Assembly: GCF_009914755.1 (NCBI RefSeq)
Contig: NC_060940.1
Origin: the human T2T-CHM13v2.0 reference genome, Homo sapiens
Length of the DNA: 64,000 nt
Reading direction: 5' to 3' (one strand)
Shown here: positions 1-13,077 of the stretch, one piece after another
Position numbering within the stretch: the stretch's first letter is position 1
Layout of the letters: each line of letters begins with the position of its first letter
Translations under genes and position numbers: made by a program
The notes under the pieces: model-generated
Databases searched by the model: none
What the model was told of the DNA's origin: nothing
Seen by the model: the letters and a program-made list of their open reading frames with translations, nothing else

Positions 1-766
1 CCTCGTGACATAGGCACTCTGGGGGAGTTTGTTTTGCATCTTTAATGAACATCTTAATTGTTCCAAGTTCCCTCATGCTAATAGAAGGATGAGAATGATT
101 ACTTTTAGTTACTAGATTAAAAATCTGATACCAAGATTGGGTAAGACATGATTTTCAATGTTAGTGGTGGAAAGAACTTAGAGAAAAGCCAACACCCCAA
201 CTCTTCCTTTTCAAATAGAGAAACTGAGGCCCAGACAGGGAAGGGGAGGTCACCCAGTAGGGTAGTTTTGGCTCAAGTCTTCTGATCTTCACATCAGTGC
301 TTTTGACATGGAGTAGGGCATTGAGCTTGTATGTGGCCTTTCTCCAGCACAGCAACATTCATCTGGGGTAACTTTCACTGTCCAGGTACGGATGTTGGGG
401 GCGGAGCCTGGACAATCCCAGAAGCTCTTCCTTTTGCCTTTGGCCAAATAGCTGGGATTTCTTTTTGTACCTAATTTCCCTCCCTAATTGTCTTGGCAAA
501 GGCTGATGACCCAGTGAGTCAGAATTTCCCAAATAAATGAAGGGCAGGACATGGGGCAGCCCGCCAGCTGCAGGTTGGAGGGTGGGGAGGGTCTGCTGGC
601 AAAGGAGGCACCCAGGGTGAAAAAACAAGGGGTGTTGTGTCTAGCCAGTCTCCCAGGGGCACCGTGGCATGGTGCCTAGGAGTGGGGGAGCAGGTCTGCG
701 AACGTGGAACTAGAAGTTGGTCCTACATGTGCTTTGTGAGACACAGGAAGTGAGAGAAAGGTTTAC

Positions 767-800
767 TCATTCATTCATTCATTCATTCATTCATTCATTC
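767..800. repeat. (TCAT)n microsatellite, probably L2 tail (mirror 54131-54164)
   Basis: tcattcattcatt... ~8.5 units. Confidence 0.85.
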
Positions 801-1089
801 TTCTATTGTGTACTCAGTGCCCCATATACACAGTTAGACCTGGGGCTTCAGGGAAAGGAGGAACATGAATCCACTCCACACAGCCCCTGCCTTCAAGGAT
901 CTTGCCTTCTGGGCTGTAGAGACATATCCTCCCTTCAGCACTTTATTGCAGGCCAGCCCTCAGGCTCAGTCTTCACACAAAGATGAATGCACACTCAATC
1001 CCTCCCCAGGAGGCAGGCAGGGATTAGAGTTGTGGGAGAAACAAGGGCTCTGGGAACCTGGAGTCAGGAGAACCTCCAGGAATGGCCAC

Positions 1090-1530
1090 AGGCTCTAGAA
1101 CTACACGGTCTGGGTTTAAATCCTGGTTCTGCTTTTGACTAGCTGAGAGACTTGGGAGTTTCTTAACTTCTCTAAGCCTCTGTTTCCTCAAAATGGGAAT
1201 CATCACATATGATCAGTCAAGGGTGACCACTAAGCGTGATCTCAGTCCCTGGCTAAAAAGGCAGAGGCAGGCTCATACCCCTGCCCTAACAGTGGACTCA
1301 CTGCACTGTGGCCGGCGCCTGCAGTGTGCTGGGCAGCTCAACATGTGGACTCTGGAGGCAGACTGCCTGGGTTAAAGTCCTGCTGCTACCACTTTTGAGT
1401 TGTAGGACCTTGGGCAGGTTAAGTGCCTCCATTTTCCCACCTGGATAATGGGACATTATCAGTACCTACCCAATGTATAGTTTATTTTACTGTGCTTAGA
1501 ACAGCACTTGGGACATAGTTTATGTTACGA
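1090..1530 (+). mobile_element. Two MIR fragments (mirror ~53400-53840)
   Basis: ctgggtttaaatcctggttctgc...cttaacttctctaagcctctgtttcctca and gactgcctgggttaaagtcc...accttgggcaggttaa resemble the MIR core. Confidence 0.65.
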
Positions 1531-2292
1531 GTTCTTTTATATTTCATGAATAATATTATTACAATATCATTATTTTAGCCACTCTCACTTCTTCCCCACT
1601 ATGTGGACTTTTAAAATGCAAGAATCATGCATGAGGAATTGTATCCACTCTCATCCTCCAGTATTAGCAGAGTCCCTGGCACATGCTAAGTTCTCGACAG
1701 TGTTAGTCCATTGACTGAAGGCATCCTGAAGTGGGTGGGTTTTAGGCTGGGTTCTGCAGGGTGGATAGGATTTGGGGATGCAGAGGCATAAGGAGGCATT
1801 TGAGGAAGAGACACCATCACAGGCACGTGTGCTTCTCGAGACAATCATTCATGCACAGAGAAGTTTACTTCACCAAGAGATAGTTAACTGAGATGAAGCT
1901 GAGATACAAGGGCTGCCCCATGGGTACGCTGAGTGCATGAATAGTCTAGGCTTGAGGGTGATGGGAGTGTCCTCCCGAAGAGGACATCCTTAGCCTTTGC
2001 TATGCCCATGATGATGTTCTCAGCATCAAGAGCCTTTCGGGGAGGAGGCACTGGAGGCTGGGTAGAAAGGAAGGGACAGCCAGGGTATGTGCAGTAGGGT
2101 GGTGGCTTGGGTCCCAGTTGGGAGAATTATGCAGGAGAGAGATTGCCTTTTGCAAAGTTGCTGGGAGCTGGTGAACTTTGGATAGCATCCTCCTTCAGTT
2201 GTAACCAACAGGTAGGTCACCAAACAAGACATCTTCTGAGTGCTCCCTGGCTCTGTGTCCTGTAACTGGTATGTTGCTTCCTCTCTGCCCAG

Positions 2293-2426
2293 GTGATGGT
2301 GTGGATCCACGGAGGGGGGCTGATGGTGGGTGCGGCATCAACCTATGATGGGCTGGCCCTTGCTGCCCATGAAAACGTGGTGGTGGTGACCATTCAATAT
2401 CGCCTGGGCATCTGGGGATTCTTCAG
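2293..2426 (+). CDS. CES1P1: Carboxylesterase 1 (CES1A2-type copy) exon 4
   Basis: ag|GTGATG...TTCAG|gtaag; [44 protein letters not shown], oxyanion-hole HGGG motif. Confidence 0.93.
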
Positions 2427-3719
2427 GTAAGAAATCGGACTCTCCTCACTGCACTTTGGCCCCCAGAACGAGGATGCTAGGACCCAGCTCTTGTCATGCC
2501 AGCCCTCAGGGGAGCTTAGCTAGGTTCCACAGTAAGGCATCCAAGCCCCTTCATAATTGGACACTACCTACCCTCTCACTACCCAGCCACTCATCCACTT
2601 GCCTCTGAGCTTTTGCATGTGCTGTTCCCTCTGCCTGGAATGCTTATTCTATCCGAAGAACACCTCTTCATCCTGCAAGACCCAGCCCCCAGTTACCTCC
2701 ACTGAAAGACTCATCTCCTCTTCACCTATGTTTCTCCAGCACATTGCTTTTCTCTGTCATGACACTTAGCAGGCAGCCCAGCAGGTGAAGGTTGACACAT
2801 CTGACTTCTCATGGAAAGGAGGGAAGGGGCAGAGTCACAGAGGGAGCTCAGGGCATGTTGTGGGTGAAGGAATGGGGGCTGCAGATGGTGGGGTGTGGGA
2901 GCATCTGACCCCTTCCTGTGGGAGTGTTGGGACCCACTCAGCTCATTTTCTGCTTGAAATTTGGCAAGTGTGGGAAGCAAGGATGGAGTCTTCCCATCAG
3001 GTCTCCATGGGGACAGGAGTCAGATCTCCTTCAAGGCGCAACTGCTATGAACCTTTTCTAAGGTTCTCCTCCATCCATGCCAGTCAGGTTTCTTCCTGAA
3101 CACGCCACTCAGTTGGTCTCATTGCGGTCATCAATGACCTCCCCCTGCTCTCCACCCAACCTCTCAGGACCTCCCAGCAGCAGCAGATGGCCACTCAGCC
3201 TCTGTGACATGCTTCCTTCCCAGCCCCTTTCCTGGTCCTCCCTCCTCCCTGTCCACAGGCCTCTCTTGTCTCCCTCTCCCTCCTTACTAATTCCCAGTGA
3301 TCCCAGGGAGCAGCCAGAGCCCCTGTTTCCAGCCCACCTCACCTTTGAAGCCCACAGGCATCACTCAATCCCTCCTCCCCACCCCTGGCTGTCTAAAGGG
3401 TGCCCCACTCTTCCCAGGGACAAGTTGAATCCTTGACTCCCACTGCCCCTCCCCAACAGAGACCCCCTTCTCCTCCCACCACGCCTCCACTCAGCTTCTG
3501 CTGCCACATCCTCCCTTGGGCTCAGGAGAAGGCCTTGTGGACAGCCCGGACTGTCTCTTTTCTCACAACCCTCTTGGCTGCGCCTTCAGAATCCACTCAG
3601 AGTCCCCTACTTTGCACCTCTTCCCTGGCTCCTAGCCCAGCCAAAGCTCTCTGTCTGTCACCTTGATTATGATCTTTAACACTTTCAGATCCCTGCCACT
3701 TTTATATAAAGCTGAGTTG

Positions 3720-4285
3720 CACAGTAGCCAGAGTGATCACTTAACACATGCATTGAATCATGCGATGCCTCTGCACAAAACCCTGCAGGGGCTTCCCATG
3801 CTCCTTACCATGACAGCCGAAGTTCTTGCCAGGCCCCAGGGCCCTCTCTAGCTGCACCTCCTGACTCACGCTTTCTTTCACTGGGCCCCAGGCCCTTTGC
3901 ACTTGCTTTTTCTTCTGCCTGGAATTCCTTTCTTTGGATATTTACAAGGTTCATGTGCTCATTGTGCTTGTTTTATGAAGGTCTTTGCCTCCAAAACCTC
4001 AAATGTCACTGCCTCCAAAAGGCCTTCCCTGATTGGGATCTGAAATGGCACCCCCTGTCCCACTCCTGTTTTTTTCCTTACTCCATTGTATTTACCTCAG
4101 TGCACTTTGACTACCTGACATCATTATATTCTCTCTATGTATCTGTTTATCTGCTTGTGATCTGTAGTGGGAATTCAGTGTCATCACAGGTTTTGCCTGT
4201 TTTGCTCTCAGATGTGCTCTAGCTCATAAGACAGCGTCAGGCATACAGTAGATGCTCAGTAAATAGTTGCCAGTTGTGTGAATGT
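3720..4285 (+). mobile_element. L2 LINE 3' fragment (mirror ~50646-51211)
   Basis: Ends in acagcgtcaggcatacagtagatgctcagtaaatagttg...tgaatg, typical of an L2 3' end. Confidence 0.6.
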
Positions 4286-4413
4286 AGAACCATACATCAC
4301 CACAATGCTGTACTAATGAAAGCAGGGTCTCAGAGATGCTGAAGCCCAGCCTTATTCTTAAGGGTTCACTGAGAACCCCTAGCCCCATCTGTGGTCCTGA
4401 AGGTCCTGCATGA

Positions 4414-4935
<522 letters not shown>

Positions 4936-5500
4936 TAAGGACTCACATCCCTTCTCTTGGGAAGTAGGAATAGGCATAAATTATGAGTAAGGGCAGGCAG
5001 AGAGAAGAGGTGGACAGAGGTCATTGTTTGGCTAAACCAGACCTACATGTGGAGGGGACATGGACACTGAGCAGGCTGGGAATTCCTCTGGGGTGGTCTG
5101 ATGGCTTGTCCATGCCCAAGAAGGAGGCGACAGTCTTTGTGACTGTGGGGTCCAGTGGGCTAGGGGAGGCAGGCAGAGGAAGGAGGGATGGAGCCGCGGA
5201 TAGGGAGGGATGGGGCAGGGGTTGTGGGTCATAGACACAACCTTGGGTGTGAGGGGTCCTGCTGGGATTGGGGATTGGGTTCAGGAGACACTGGGGGATC
5301 TGGGATGAAAACCCAGATGAGAGGTGCTGGGAGCTGTAGGAAGACTTCCACCTCCTTGAGGTGGGCAGAGGGTCAGCTCACTACTGGATTCCTCAGTCCC
5401 GTGTTGGTTTTATAGTGGAGTAGATCTAGCCTGGAAGAGTGAGTGAGTCACTGACCCCACTCCTGAGCATGAACTCTCCACCCCTCCACTCTGCTGTCAG

Positions 5501-5608
5501 GTTTTGTCTCCATTGGCCAAGAACCTCTTCCACCGGGCCATTTCTGAGAGTGGCGTGGCCCTCACTTCTGTTCTGGTGAAGAAAGGTGATGTCAAGCCCT
5601 TGGCTGAG
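5501..5608 (+). CDS. CES1P1: Carboxylesterase 1 (CES1A2-type copy) exon 6
   Basis: tcag|GTTTTG...GCTGAG|gtagg; [36 protein letters not shown]. Confidence 0.93.
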
Positions 5609-6340
5609 GTAGGTCTCCGGCTGGTACGTCTCCGGCTGGACACCCCCACCTCCTTGGCTCTATGCTCCTGAATCCTCAGGGATCTCTCTTGTGGTCGGTT
5701 GTAGCTAATGTTCTCCTAGAATCACTGAGGCACCAATGGCTGAGCAGGAAGGGCGAGGAGACACCTTGATCAGCGTCCCAGTTTCACAGCCAGGCAAACC
5801 GACACAGGGCTTGGAAGGGATTTGCCAAGGGCAGCAGGTGATCAGGGCAGAGCTGGGACTCCAGCTCATGGCCCTAGCAGCCAGTACAGTGCCCTATCTG
5901 TGACCACACTCCTCCTATGTGCCAGGGCCTGGTGCCATGTTGGGCAGTGATGGTGTCTTGTGTCTCTCTGGGTCTGCCTAATGGCTGGTAAGTGGAACAA
6001 CCAGGATTTGAAAGCAGACAAGGAAATTCAGGATTCCATGCTCTCTATCCCAGCTCCACCTCACATTTCTTGACACATTCACCTTGAGATGATTATGTCC
6101 ATTTCAATGGAGATAAGGTAGCAGAGATGAGAGATTACATAATTGACCCATGTTACAATTGAGATTAGTAACAGAGGCAACGCTCCGTGGGACCTGGAAC
6201 CCACACCCACGGGTCTACAGTATCTTCTGCTGCTCCCTGCCACTAGTACAAGTTGGGCTTGGGATAGAATGCCACTTTCCTCTTTGATGGAGGGAAGGGA
6301 TGTCGCTCTTGAACTCTGTTGTTGCCTGTGATCTTTGCAG

Positions 6341-6445
6341 CAAATTGCTATCACTGCTGGGTGCAAAACCACCACCTCTGCTGTCATGGTTCACTGCCTG
6401 CGACAGAAGACGGAAGAGGAGCTCTTGGAGACGACATTGAAAATG
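6341..6445 (+). CDS. CES1P1: Carboxylesterase 1 (CES1A2-type copy) exon 7
   Basis: tgcag|CAAATT...AAAATG|gtagg; [35 protein letters not shown]. Confidence 0.93.
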
Positions 6446-6904
6446 GTAGGTTGCCTGTTCCCGTAGCCCAAACCCTGTAAACTTGGTCCCAGACTTCTTC
6501 ATTTCAGCTGTCCTCTTGCCCAGGGACAGTTTCCTGGGACAATTTCTCAACTCTCAGTATCTGAATGGGGAATATGATTTGTCCTTTTTTATTGTAAAAT
6601 GCCACAAATGTAAAAAAAGAAAGTCAAAAAATAACATGATAAAAAATTGTGTAACAATCCCCAGTCCTGACCAAAATTTAATATTTTGCCATTCTTGTTT
6701 TCAGATGTATTTTTAAGAAATTAAATGTTACATATTCCCAGGGGACACCATCATCCTGAATTTGGGGGATGGAGATATTAAGCTCAAAGATTTTCAGAAA
6801 GATGTCACAATTTATCTTGGTTGACTTAGAAACTGTCTGTATTAGACCTAGTGGTGGTCCAGTTTTCTAGATTTTCTGAGACTGACTCAGTTGTCATCCT
6901 AGGA

Positions 6905-7240
6905 TAGTCATCCATCCACCCATTCGTTAATCCGTCTATCTATGATTGTCTTATCCATCTATCTGTTCACTAATTCATCCAATTCACTCATATCTTTTTA
7001 TCAATCTAATGTCAACCTATTCATAACTTTGTATTTATCTATTTTCAATCCATTCACCATTCATGGATCATCCAGCCACCTTATATCTCAACTCCATCAC
7101 CCATTCCTCCAAAATCAACAATCCAGTTATCGCCTGTCTGCTAGTTTTCACCCATCTATTCATGTATCCATTCAATTCAACTGTACTCCATGTATTGACC
7201 AACTCCATCCATCCCTCCATTGATCCATCCATCCATCCAT
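6905..7240. repeat. Degenerate (TCCA/TCTA)n low-complexity tract (mirror ~47690-48026)
   Basis: Recurring catc/tatc/tcca tetramers. Confidence 0.75.
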
Positions 7241-8179
7241 GCTAAATATGTAGGGGTGGGTGTTAGAGGTAGCAAAACAGACATGAAGTGGACATAGTCC
7301 CTGCTCTCAAGGAACTATCCAAAGAGAAATACATTCATATACTTCGCAGGTTGAGTATGGTGGCAGCACAGAGGGGAAGCATTCATTGTAGTAATCAGGG
7401 ATGCTTCACAGAGAAGGCGGAGGAGCCAGATTTGAGACCAGACAGTGGAATTCAGGAGTTCATGCCCTTAATCCTGACTCCACCTTATCTTTCCTGAGAA
7501 ATTCAGCTTTCAGATCATTGTGCCCATTTTAACAGAGGTAACAAAGACAGATAAATTTTGTAATTGCCCCATGTCACAGTTCAAATTAGTCACAGAGGCA
7601 ACACTGTAGGACCCAGAACCGACACCTGCGGGTCTAGAGTATCTTCTGCCTTCCCTGCTCCCTGCCATCCTCACATATTAGGACTTGGGGACCTTTAGGA
7701 TTGTTGGATGGCCATGGCAGTCTCTCATCACAGGGAAGACCAGGAGGACAAACACCCAGATGACACAGCACCCAGGGCCATTGGGAACTATTCCCTTTGA
7801 GGGGGAAGAGTGTGAATTCCAAGCTCAGGAGTAGCCTGGACTCTCTCCTTGGACCTGAGGCTACTCCTGGATCCCAGGGCTGGCCTCTACCACTGGACTC
7901 TGCTTGTGTTTCCATGAGTTGAGTCCAATGTGGTATTGGTGCTTAGGTCTTGGCTCAGGCTCTAAGTGACCAAAGTGTTCAAGGAATGAAAACACAACTG
8001 TTTTCTAACGCCCGGAAGGAGGCAAATATTCCAGCAATTCTGCATGTGGCATCAGAGGACCCAGCTTAAAAGGGAAGAGTTGAGTCTTTGGGAAAACCCA
8101 TCCCTAAGATCCTAGAACATTCTTTTGAGTTTTTCTGAGATCTTGTGGAAGCACCTCCATGATTACGCGCTGCCTCCAG

Positions 8180-8330
8180 TACACACACATGCAGACACAC
8201 AGACAAACACACACACACACAGACACACACACAGAGAAACACATACAGACACACACACACAGAGACACACACAGACACCCACACACAAAGAGCCACACAC
8301 AGACACACTCATACACACACACACACACAC
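8180..8330. repeat. Compound (CA)n microsatellite (mirror 46601-46751)
   Basis: ~150 bp of interrupted CA/GA repeats. Confidence 0.92.
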
Positions 8331-8559
8331 TCCTGGCTAGTGGGACTTCAATCCTTAATGGAGGGACCTGCACTGGTTACATCCTGAGCACAGGTCAGAT
8401 CTGGGAACTACAGTGCAACACTACAGTCACTGCAATCTTGGTGAACACACACCAAAGAGAAGCATGGGGTAGGATGAGACTCAGTGAGCTTGCGTGAGTC
8501 AGGGCTTTCTAATGGGAGATGAGGAAACTCTCCCAAGTACCTTGAACAGAAAAAGAAAT

Positions 8560-8900
8560 GTGTTGCAATAGCATCGTCGTGTAAACTGAAAATCTCAGGA
8601 GTTGATGGCTTCAGGCATGGCTGGGTCCAGATGATCATAGGATATTATTGAGAATCTACCATTCTCTGTCCTTCAGCTTTGCACATCTCTGTGTTGGCTT
8701 CACTCTTAGGCAGATATATCTCCTGGGAAGGTTAAAGACAACAGCACTCTAGACTTATGTCCTATCTGCTTAAAAACCCTCTTTCTAAACAATTCCTGCA
8801 AAAGTTTTGGGGTAAACTCTATTGGATTGACATGAGTGTATGCCCATCCCTGAACTAATATTCATGTTCAGGGAGATGGAGCACCGCAGGTCACATATAG
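8560..8900. mobile_element. MaLR (MLT1-like) LTR remnant (mirror ~46030-46370)
   Basis: ggcttcaggcatggctgggtccag and actctattgg...tgcccatccctgaactaat resemble MLT1 motifs. Confidence 0.5.
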
Positions 8901-9017
8901 ATATACGAATTCACGGAGTGATGCGGGAAGAACCTGACACCTCTGTTGCCCCACTCACCCAGCTCAGTGTTCTCCTGGTAAGCCTCTCACCCACATCCTC
9001 TGCCTTTGTCTTCACAG

Positions 9018-9056
9018 AAATTCTTATCTCTGGACTTACAGGGAGACCCCAGAGAG
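9018..9056 (+). CDS. CES1P1: Carboxylesterase 1 (CES1A2-type copy) exon 8 (39 nt)
   Basis: cacag|AAATTC...AGAGAG|gtaag; KFLSLDLQGDPRE. Confidence 0.92.
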
Positions 9057-9644
9057 GTAAGGACCTTTTGTTTCTGGATTACGGGTTTTGAGTCTTAGCA
9101 CCTTTAAGCTCCAATTAACTGTGAGTGAAAGAATCATCTCTTGGGTAATTATAGTAACTCCTGCGTGTTTGTTTCTGAGGCCCCGAGAGGGGTAGTGACT
9201 CACCTGGGTAACACAGCCAGGAAGACTAGTGGCTGGCCTGGAACCCATTTTCCTGACTCCCAGTCCAGTGCTCCCAGGCATCACCTCTGTGTGCCCTGGG
9301 CTCTGCCCACTCCCCTTCTTTTTTATATTTTCTGCTCCCCAAAATGGCACTGTAGGAGGAGGCTGAAACAGAACCTTCCACAATCAGGAGGCAGAGATAA
9401 CAGCGATGATTAGCCAAGGAGAGGGGAAGCCTAAATCTCAGTCCAAGGACACTCGCCTCCTCCCAGCACACAGGAAACTCCAACAGTATTCTCCCAATCT
9501 CCTCATCCCCACTCCCACCCCCACCTCCCAGTGGGTTGACAGTTTCTGGTGACATCACCTCTGACGAATCTTACAATCCTGTCCTCTCTGCTGCCTCCCT
9601 GGAGATCACAGCACTCTCCTAAATGGTCATGGGCGGAGTACATG

Positions 9645-10410
9645 AGATTCATTCAGCAAAGACTTAATAAACACTTCCTATGTGCCAGGACTTGTTTAGG
9701 AGCTGGGGATATAACAGTGAAAAAAGAAAGACTCCCTGCCCTCTTGGGACCTTCCTTTACAGTGCAAGGACAGTGCAATAAAAAAGCAAATCAAGTATGT
9801 ATTCCGTTTGATGGTGTGCAGCATTAGGGTGTAGAGTTTGTGGGTGGCTTCAATTTAAGTAGCAGGATCAGGGAATGGTTCAATGAGAAGGTGGCATTTG
9901 AGCCAAGCTCTGGAGGAGGCAGGAAGCCAGCTGTCAGGAAACCTGGAGAAGCCTATTCCAGGCAGAGGGAACAGTCACTGCAAAGACCCTGACATAAGGG
10001 GCCAGTCTGGCTGGAGAGGACCGAGTGTGGGGACAGACTGGCTTGAGGCTAAAGAGGTAATGGGCAGTGGGAGAGAGATCAATTAAAGTACTTGGATTTG
10101 GATTCAGAGCAAGATGGGAAGCCTTTGGAGGTTTTGAACAGAGGAGTCACATGATCTTAGATCTCACAAAGGTCTCTGTCTCTGGTGTTCAAATAGACTG
10201 TAGGAAAGGGGCAAAGTGGATGCAGTTGACCAGCTGGGCAGCCACTGCATTGCCATAATCCAGGCAAGGGCTCCTGGCTGCTTAGACAGGGCTGTGGCAG
10301 TGGGGATGGGAGGAGTAGTTGGAGTCTGGATATCTTTGAAGGAATAGCTGACAGGATTTGCTGATGGACAGGATGCAAGGGGTAAGAAAGGGGGAGGAGT
10401 GGAGGACGCC
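9645..10410 (-). mobile_element. L2 LINE fragment (mirror ~44520-45286)
   Basis: attcattcagcaaa...ctatgtgccagg...ggagctggggatataacagtgaa; downstream ggcagagggaacag...tgcaaagaccctga, ggttttgaacagaggagtcacatgatc. Confidence 0.75.
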
Positions 10411-11369
10411 CTGAGTTTTCTGACACAACAAGGTTGTGCCCACACAGGGCAGCCACTTGTAAACTCTAAGTGGAGAACAATCACTTGTCATTGTTGCTGA
10501 TGGCAGTCTTCCAGCATGGCTGTCACCCAACTGAGGTGCTCCCGTCTCTTGCCTCAACTTTTAGCCTCTTCTACTTCACCTTCTCTCCCCATTTCCATGT
10601 CTCATGGTGCAGCCAGACTGGCCTTCCTTAACAGAATTAGAGCACGTCACCCCCACTTCTTAAAAGCCTGACCTTCCTTATGAGACAAATCCCCTTCCCT
10701 CCATGGAGTTAGTCCTTCAAAACACACCTGCGTGCACACTGTGTGCCAGACTGTGCAGAAGGTAGGCTCTGCACCTGTCCCTCCCTCTAGACCCTGCCCC
10801 ACAGCATTTCTCCAAGCCAAGAACTCTTGGTTGTTTCTGGAATTTACCCTGCACAGTGACACCTATGTCCTTTTGCTCATGCGGTTCCCACTGTTTAGAA
10901 ATTCTCACTCCTTTCCTCACCTGGCAATACCATTCACTGCCCAGAGCCCACCGCAGGCAGGCGGCGTCTCTTCCACGTAGTCTGCCCTGCATCTTCCTTC
11001 CAGAGGGGCTGCTCCTCTTGCTGGCCTCCCACAGCAGCCCTGCCTGAACTGCACAGCCTCTTAAGGAGGCTGGACTTGCACCCCAATCCTGTTCTTCATT
11101 GTCAGCCATATTGGATTAGGATCTGATCTTGTCCAGCTAGGTCTGGTCCACTTTTCAGAACATCTCCCCCAGGCAGTCCGAACTAGCTCGTCATTCATTG
11201 GCTTTTGTAGAGCAGACCAAAGGTCCCAGAAGCCATAGGGTCTCAAAGGCTAGGAATTGTCCAGTTCCATCTGATATCCAGAAGGGAAATACAGCCCATG
11301 GGGCGTGGAACTGGGAAGATTCCACAGAGGACTGGTGTCTATGAGAGGGACCCACAGCAACCTTGCTAA

Positions 11370-11570
11370 CAAGTAATACCTAACAGTTATTCAGCCTTTC
11401 CAGACACCAGGTGCTGTGCTAAGTATTTTACATGTGTTCAGCCATTTAATCCTCACAATAACTCACCTCTTAGATGAGAAAACTGAGGCCCAAACAGGTG
11501 AAACTCCCAGCCAGTAAGTAGCAGAGCCAGGCTTCAGATGCAGTTAATCTGGTTTCAAAGTCCATGCTCT
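11370..11570 (-). mobile_element. MIR (mirror ~43360-43560)
   Basis: ccaggtgctgtgctaagtattttacatg...catttaatcctcacaataac...agatgagaaaactgaggccca. Confidence 0.75.
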
Positions 11571-11904
11571 ATCTTAGCAACATCCACGCTCTATCTTAGC
11601 AACTACACCATTGTGACTAAATATGAAATATAACTGTACCCAGAACCAGCTGCCCTGATGGCAACACATGAGTCGGGCTCTCTCTAATCTGTGACCATAT
11701 AAAAATTATTCATCAAAGGTAAAACCTAAAATTAAGACATGGATCAATATACTGTGAGTTAATCACTGATTCTTTTACTCATGATTTTCTCTCTAGTAGG
11801 GAATCATGTCCTAGTCTAGGCTCCTTGAGTGACCAGGGTTCGGTACCTCCTCAAAGCCACCCGTGGATCAATAACAGCTCTTGTTTAAATACAGATAGAT
11901 AGCA

Positions 11905-12621
11905 TAATCTCTTCCTCATTAATCATGGATTCTGTGTTTATAAATTCACCTGCTTGCTAAAATGTCCTTATAACCCCCAAATCAATACTGGTGGCACTTT
12001 CATGGTCACACACAGGCAGGTACAGAGCAGGGGAAGCTGGATTTGCATGATGGGCATGTTCCATCTGAGATCCGGCGAGGCAACCTCTCTCTTCTTGTTT
12101 CATCTCTGATGTTTACAAGTGTCCTCTTCGCGGTCTATTTAGTGCCGTGTGTTCTGCATTTTTGTGCTTTTTGTAGTGATGTCACTGTTTAGAGCGAACC
12201 CAAGAGTAGCGCTGCTGTCTGGTGTTCCTGAGCTAAACAGGCTGTGCTGTGCCTTACGGGGAAGGTGCCTGTGTGAGACAAGCTTGGATGAGGCAGGAGC
12301 TGCAGTGCTGCTGGCCGTGCATTTGGTGTTGAAAAATCCACATAATAGCACATTCAGAAAAAGGAGAAGGAAATTGGCCGATTCATACATGAGGCTGTGA
12401 TAGAAAGGGCTAAAGTAACACCTATTGTGTGGGATGGAGCCGTGGAAGTCTCTTTCAACAGAAACCCACACATAAAAGAAGGTTGATGAAAATGTTGTGG
12501 CCAGAGGTTTGCAAAAACCTAACCCAGTATTTCCCCCTTGAGTGATGACCCTGTATTCTCTAATTCAGTACTCACGGGGGCTTTATCAGAAGCAACTGCC
12601 AGGACTACCGAAAATCAACTG
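11905..12621. mobile_element. TcMar-Tigger DNA transposon remnant, MER82-like (mirror ~42310-43026)
   Basis: Starts cctcattaatcatggattctgtgttt...aattcacctgcttgctaaaat and ends ...ctaccgaaaatcaactg; recalled similarity to Tigger-family elements. Confidence 0.55.
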
Positions 12622-12936
12622 TGGACACACAGAGGAAAATGCATGCACTTCAAATTGAAATATATAGACATGTAATTTTACATAGATAATACATGTATTT
12701 CAATATGAGTGAAGATTTCTTCCTCTCCTCATCACCTGAGCAGTGTCAGCCTCTGCCTGAAGTTCTGCCCCTGAGTCATGGAGACCTACCCCCCTAAGTT
12801 AGGATCCTGAGCATGTGCAGCCATGGCGCATGGCCATGCCAGTCTACGGTACTGGTCTCACCCTCAGACAGGCAGAGTTGGGGACATGGGTGTGACTAGG
12901 GAGGGAATCACAGGTGCTGCACTGCTCTCTCCCCAG

Positions 12937-13077
12937 AGTCAACCCCTTCTGGGCACTGTGATTGATGGGATGCTGCTGCTGAAAACACCTGAAGAGCTTC
13001 AAGCTGAAAGGAATTTCCACACTGTCCCCTACATGGTCGGAATTAACAAGCAGGAGTTTGGCTGGTTGATTCCAATG
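12937..13077 (+). CDS. CES1P1: Carboxylesterase 1 (CES1A2-type copy) exon 9, catalytic Glu
   Basis: cccag|AGTCAA...CCAATG|gtgag; [47 protein letters not shown]. Confidence 0.93.

Noticed and set aside
5203-5228. G-quadruplex motif gggagggatggggcaggggttgtggg in intron 5
   Set aside because: The pattern fits, but such motifs are common in GC-rich human introns and nothing here suggests function.
8066-8497. His/Thr- and Cys/Val-rich ORFs
   Set aside because: Translations of the compound CA repeat.
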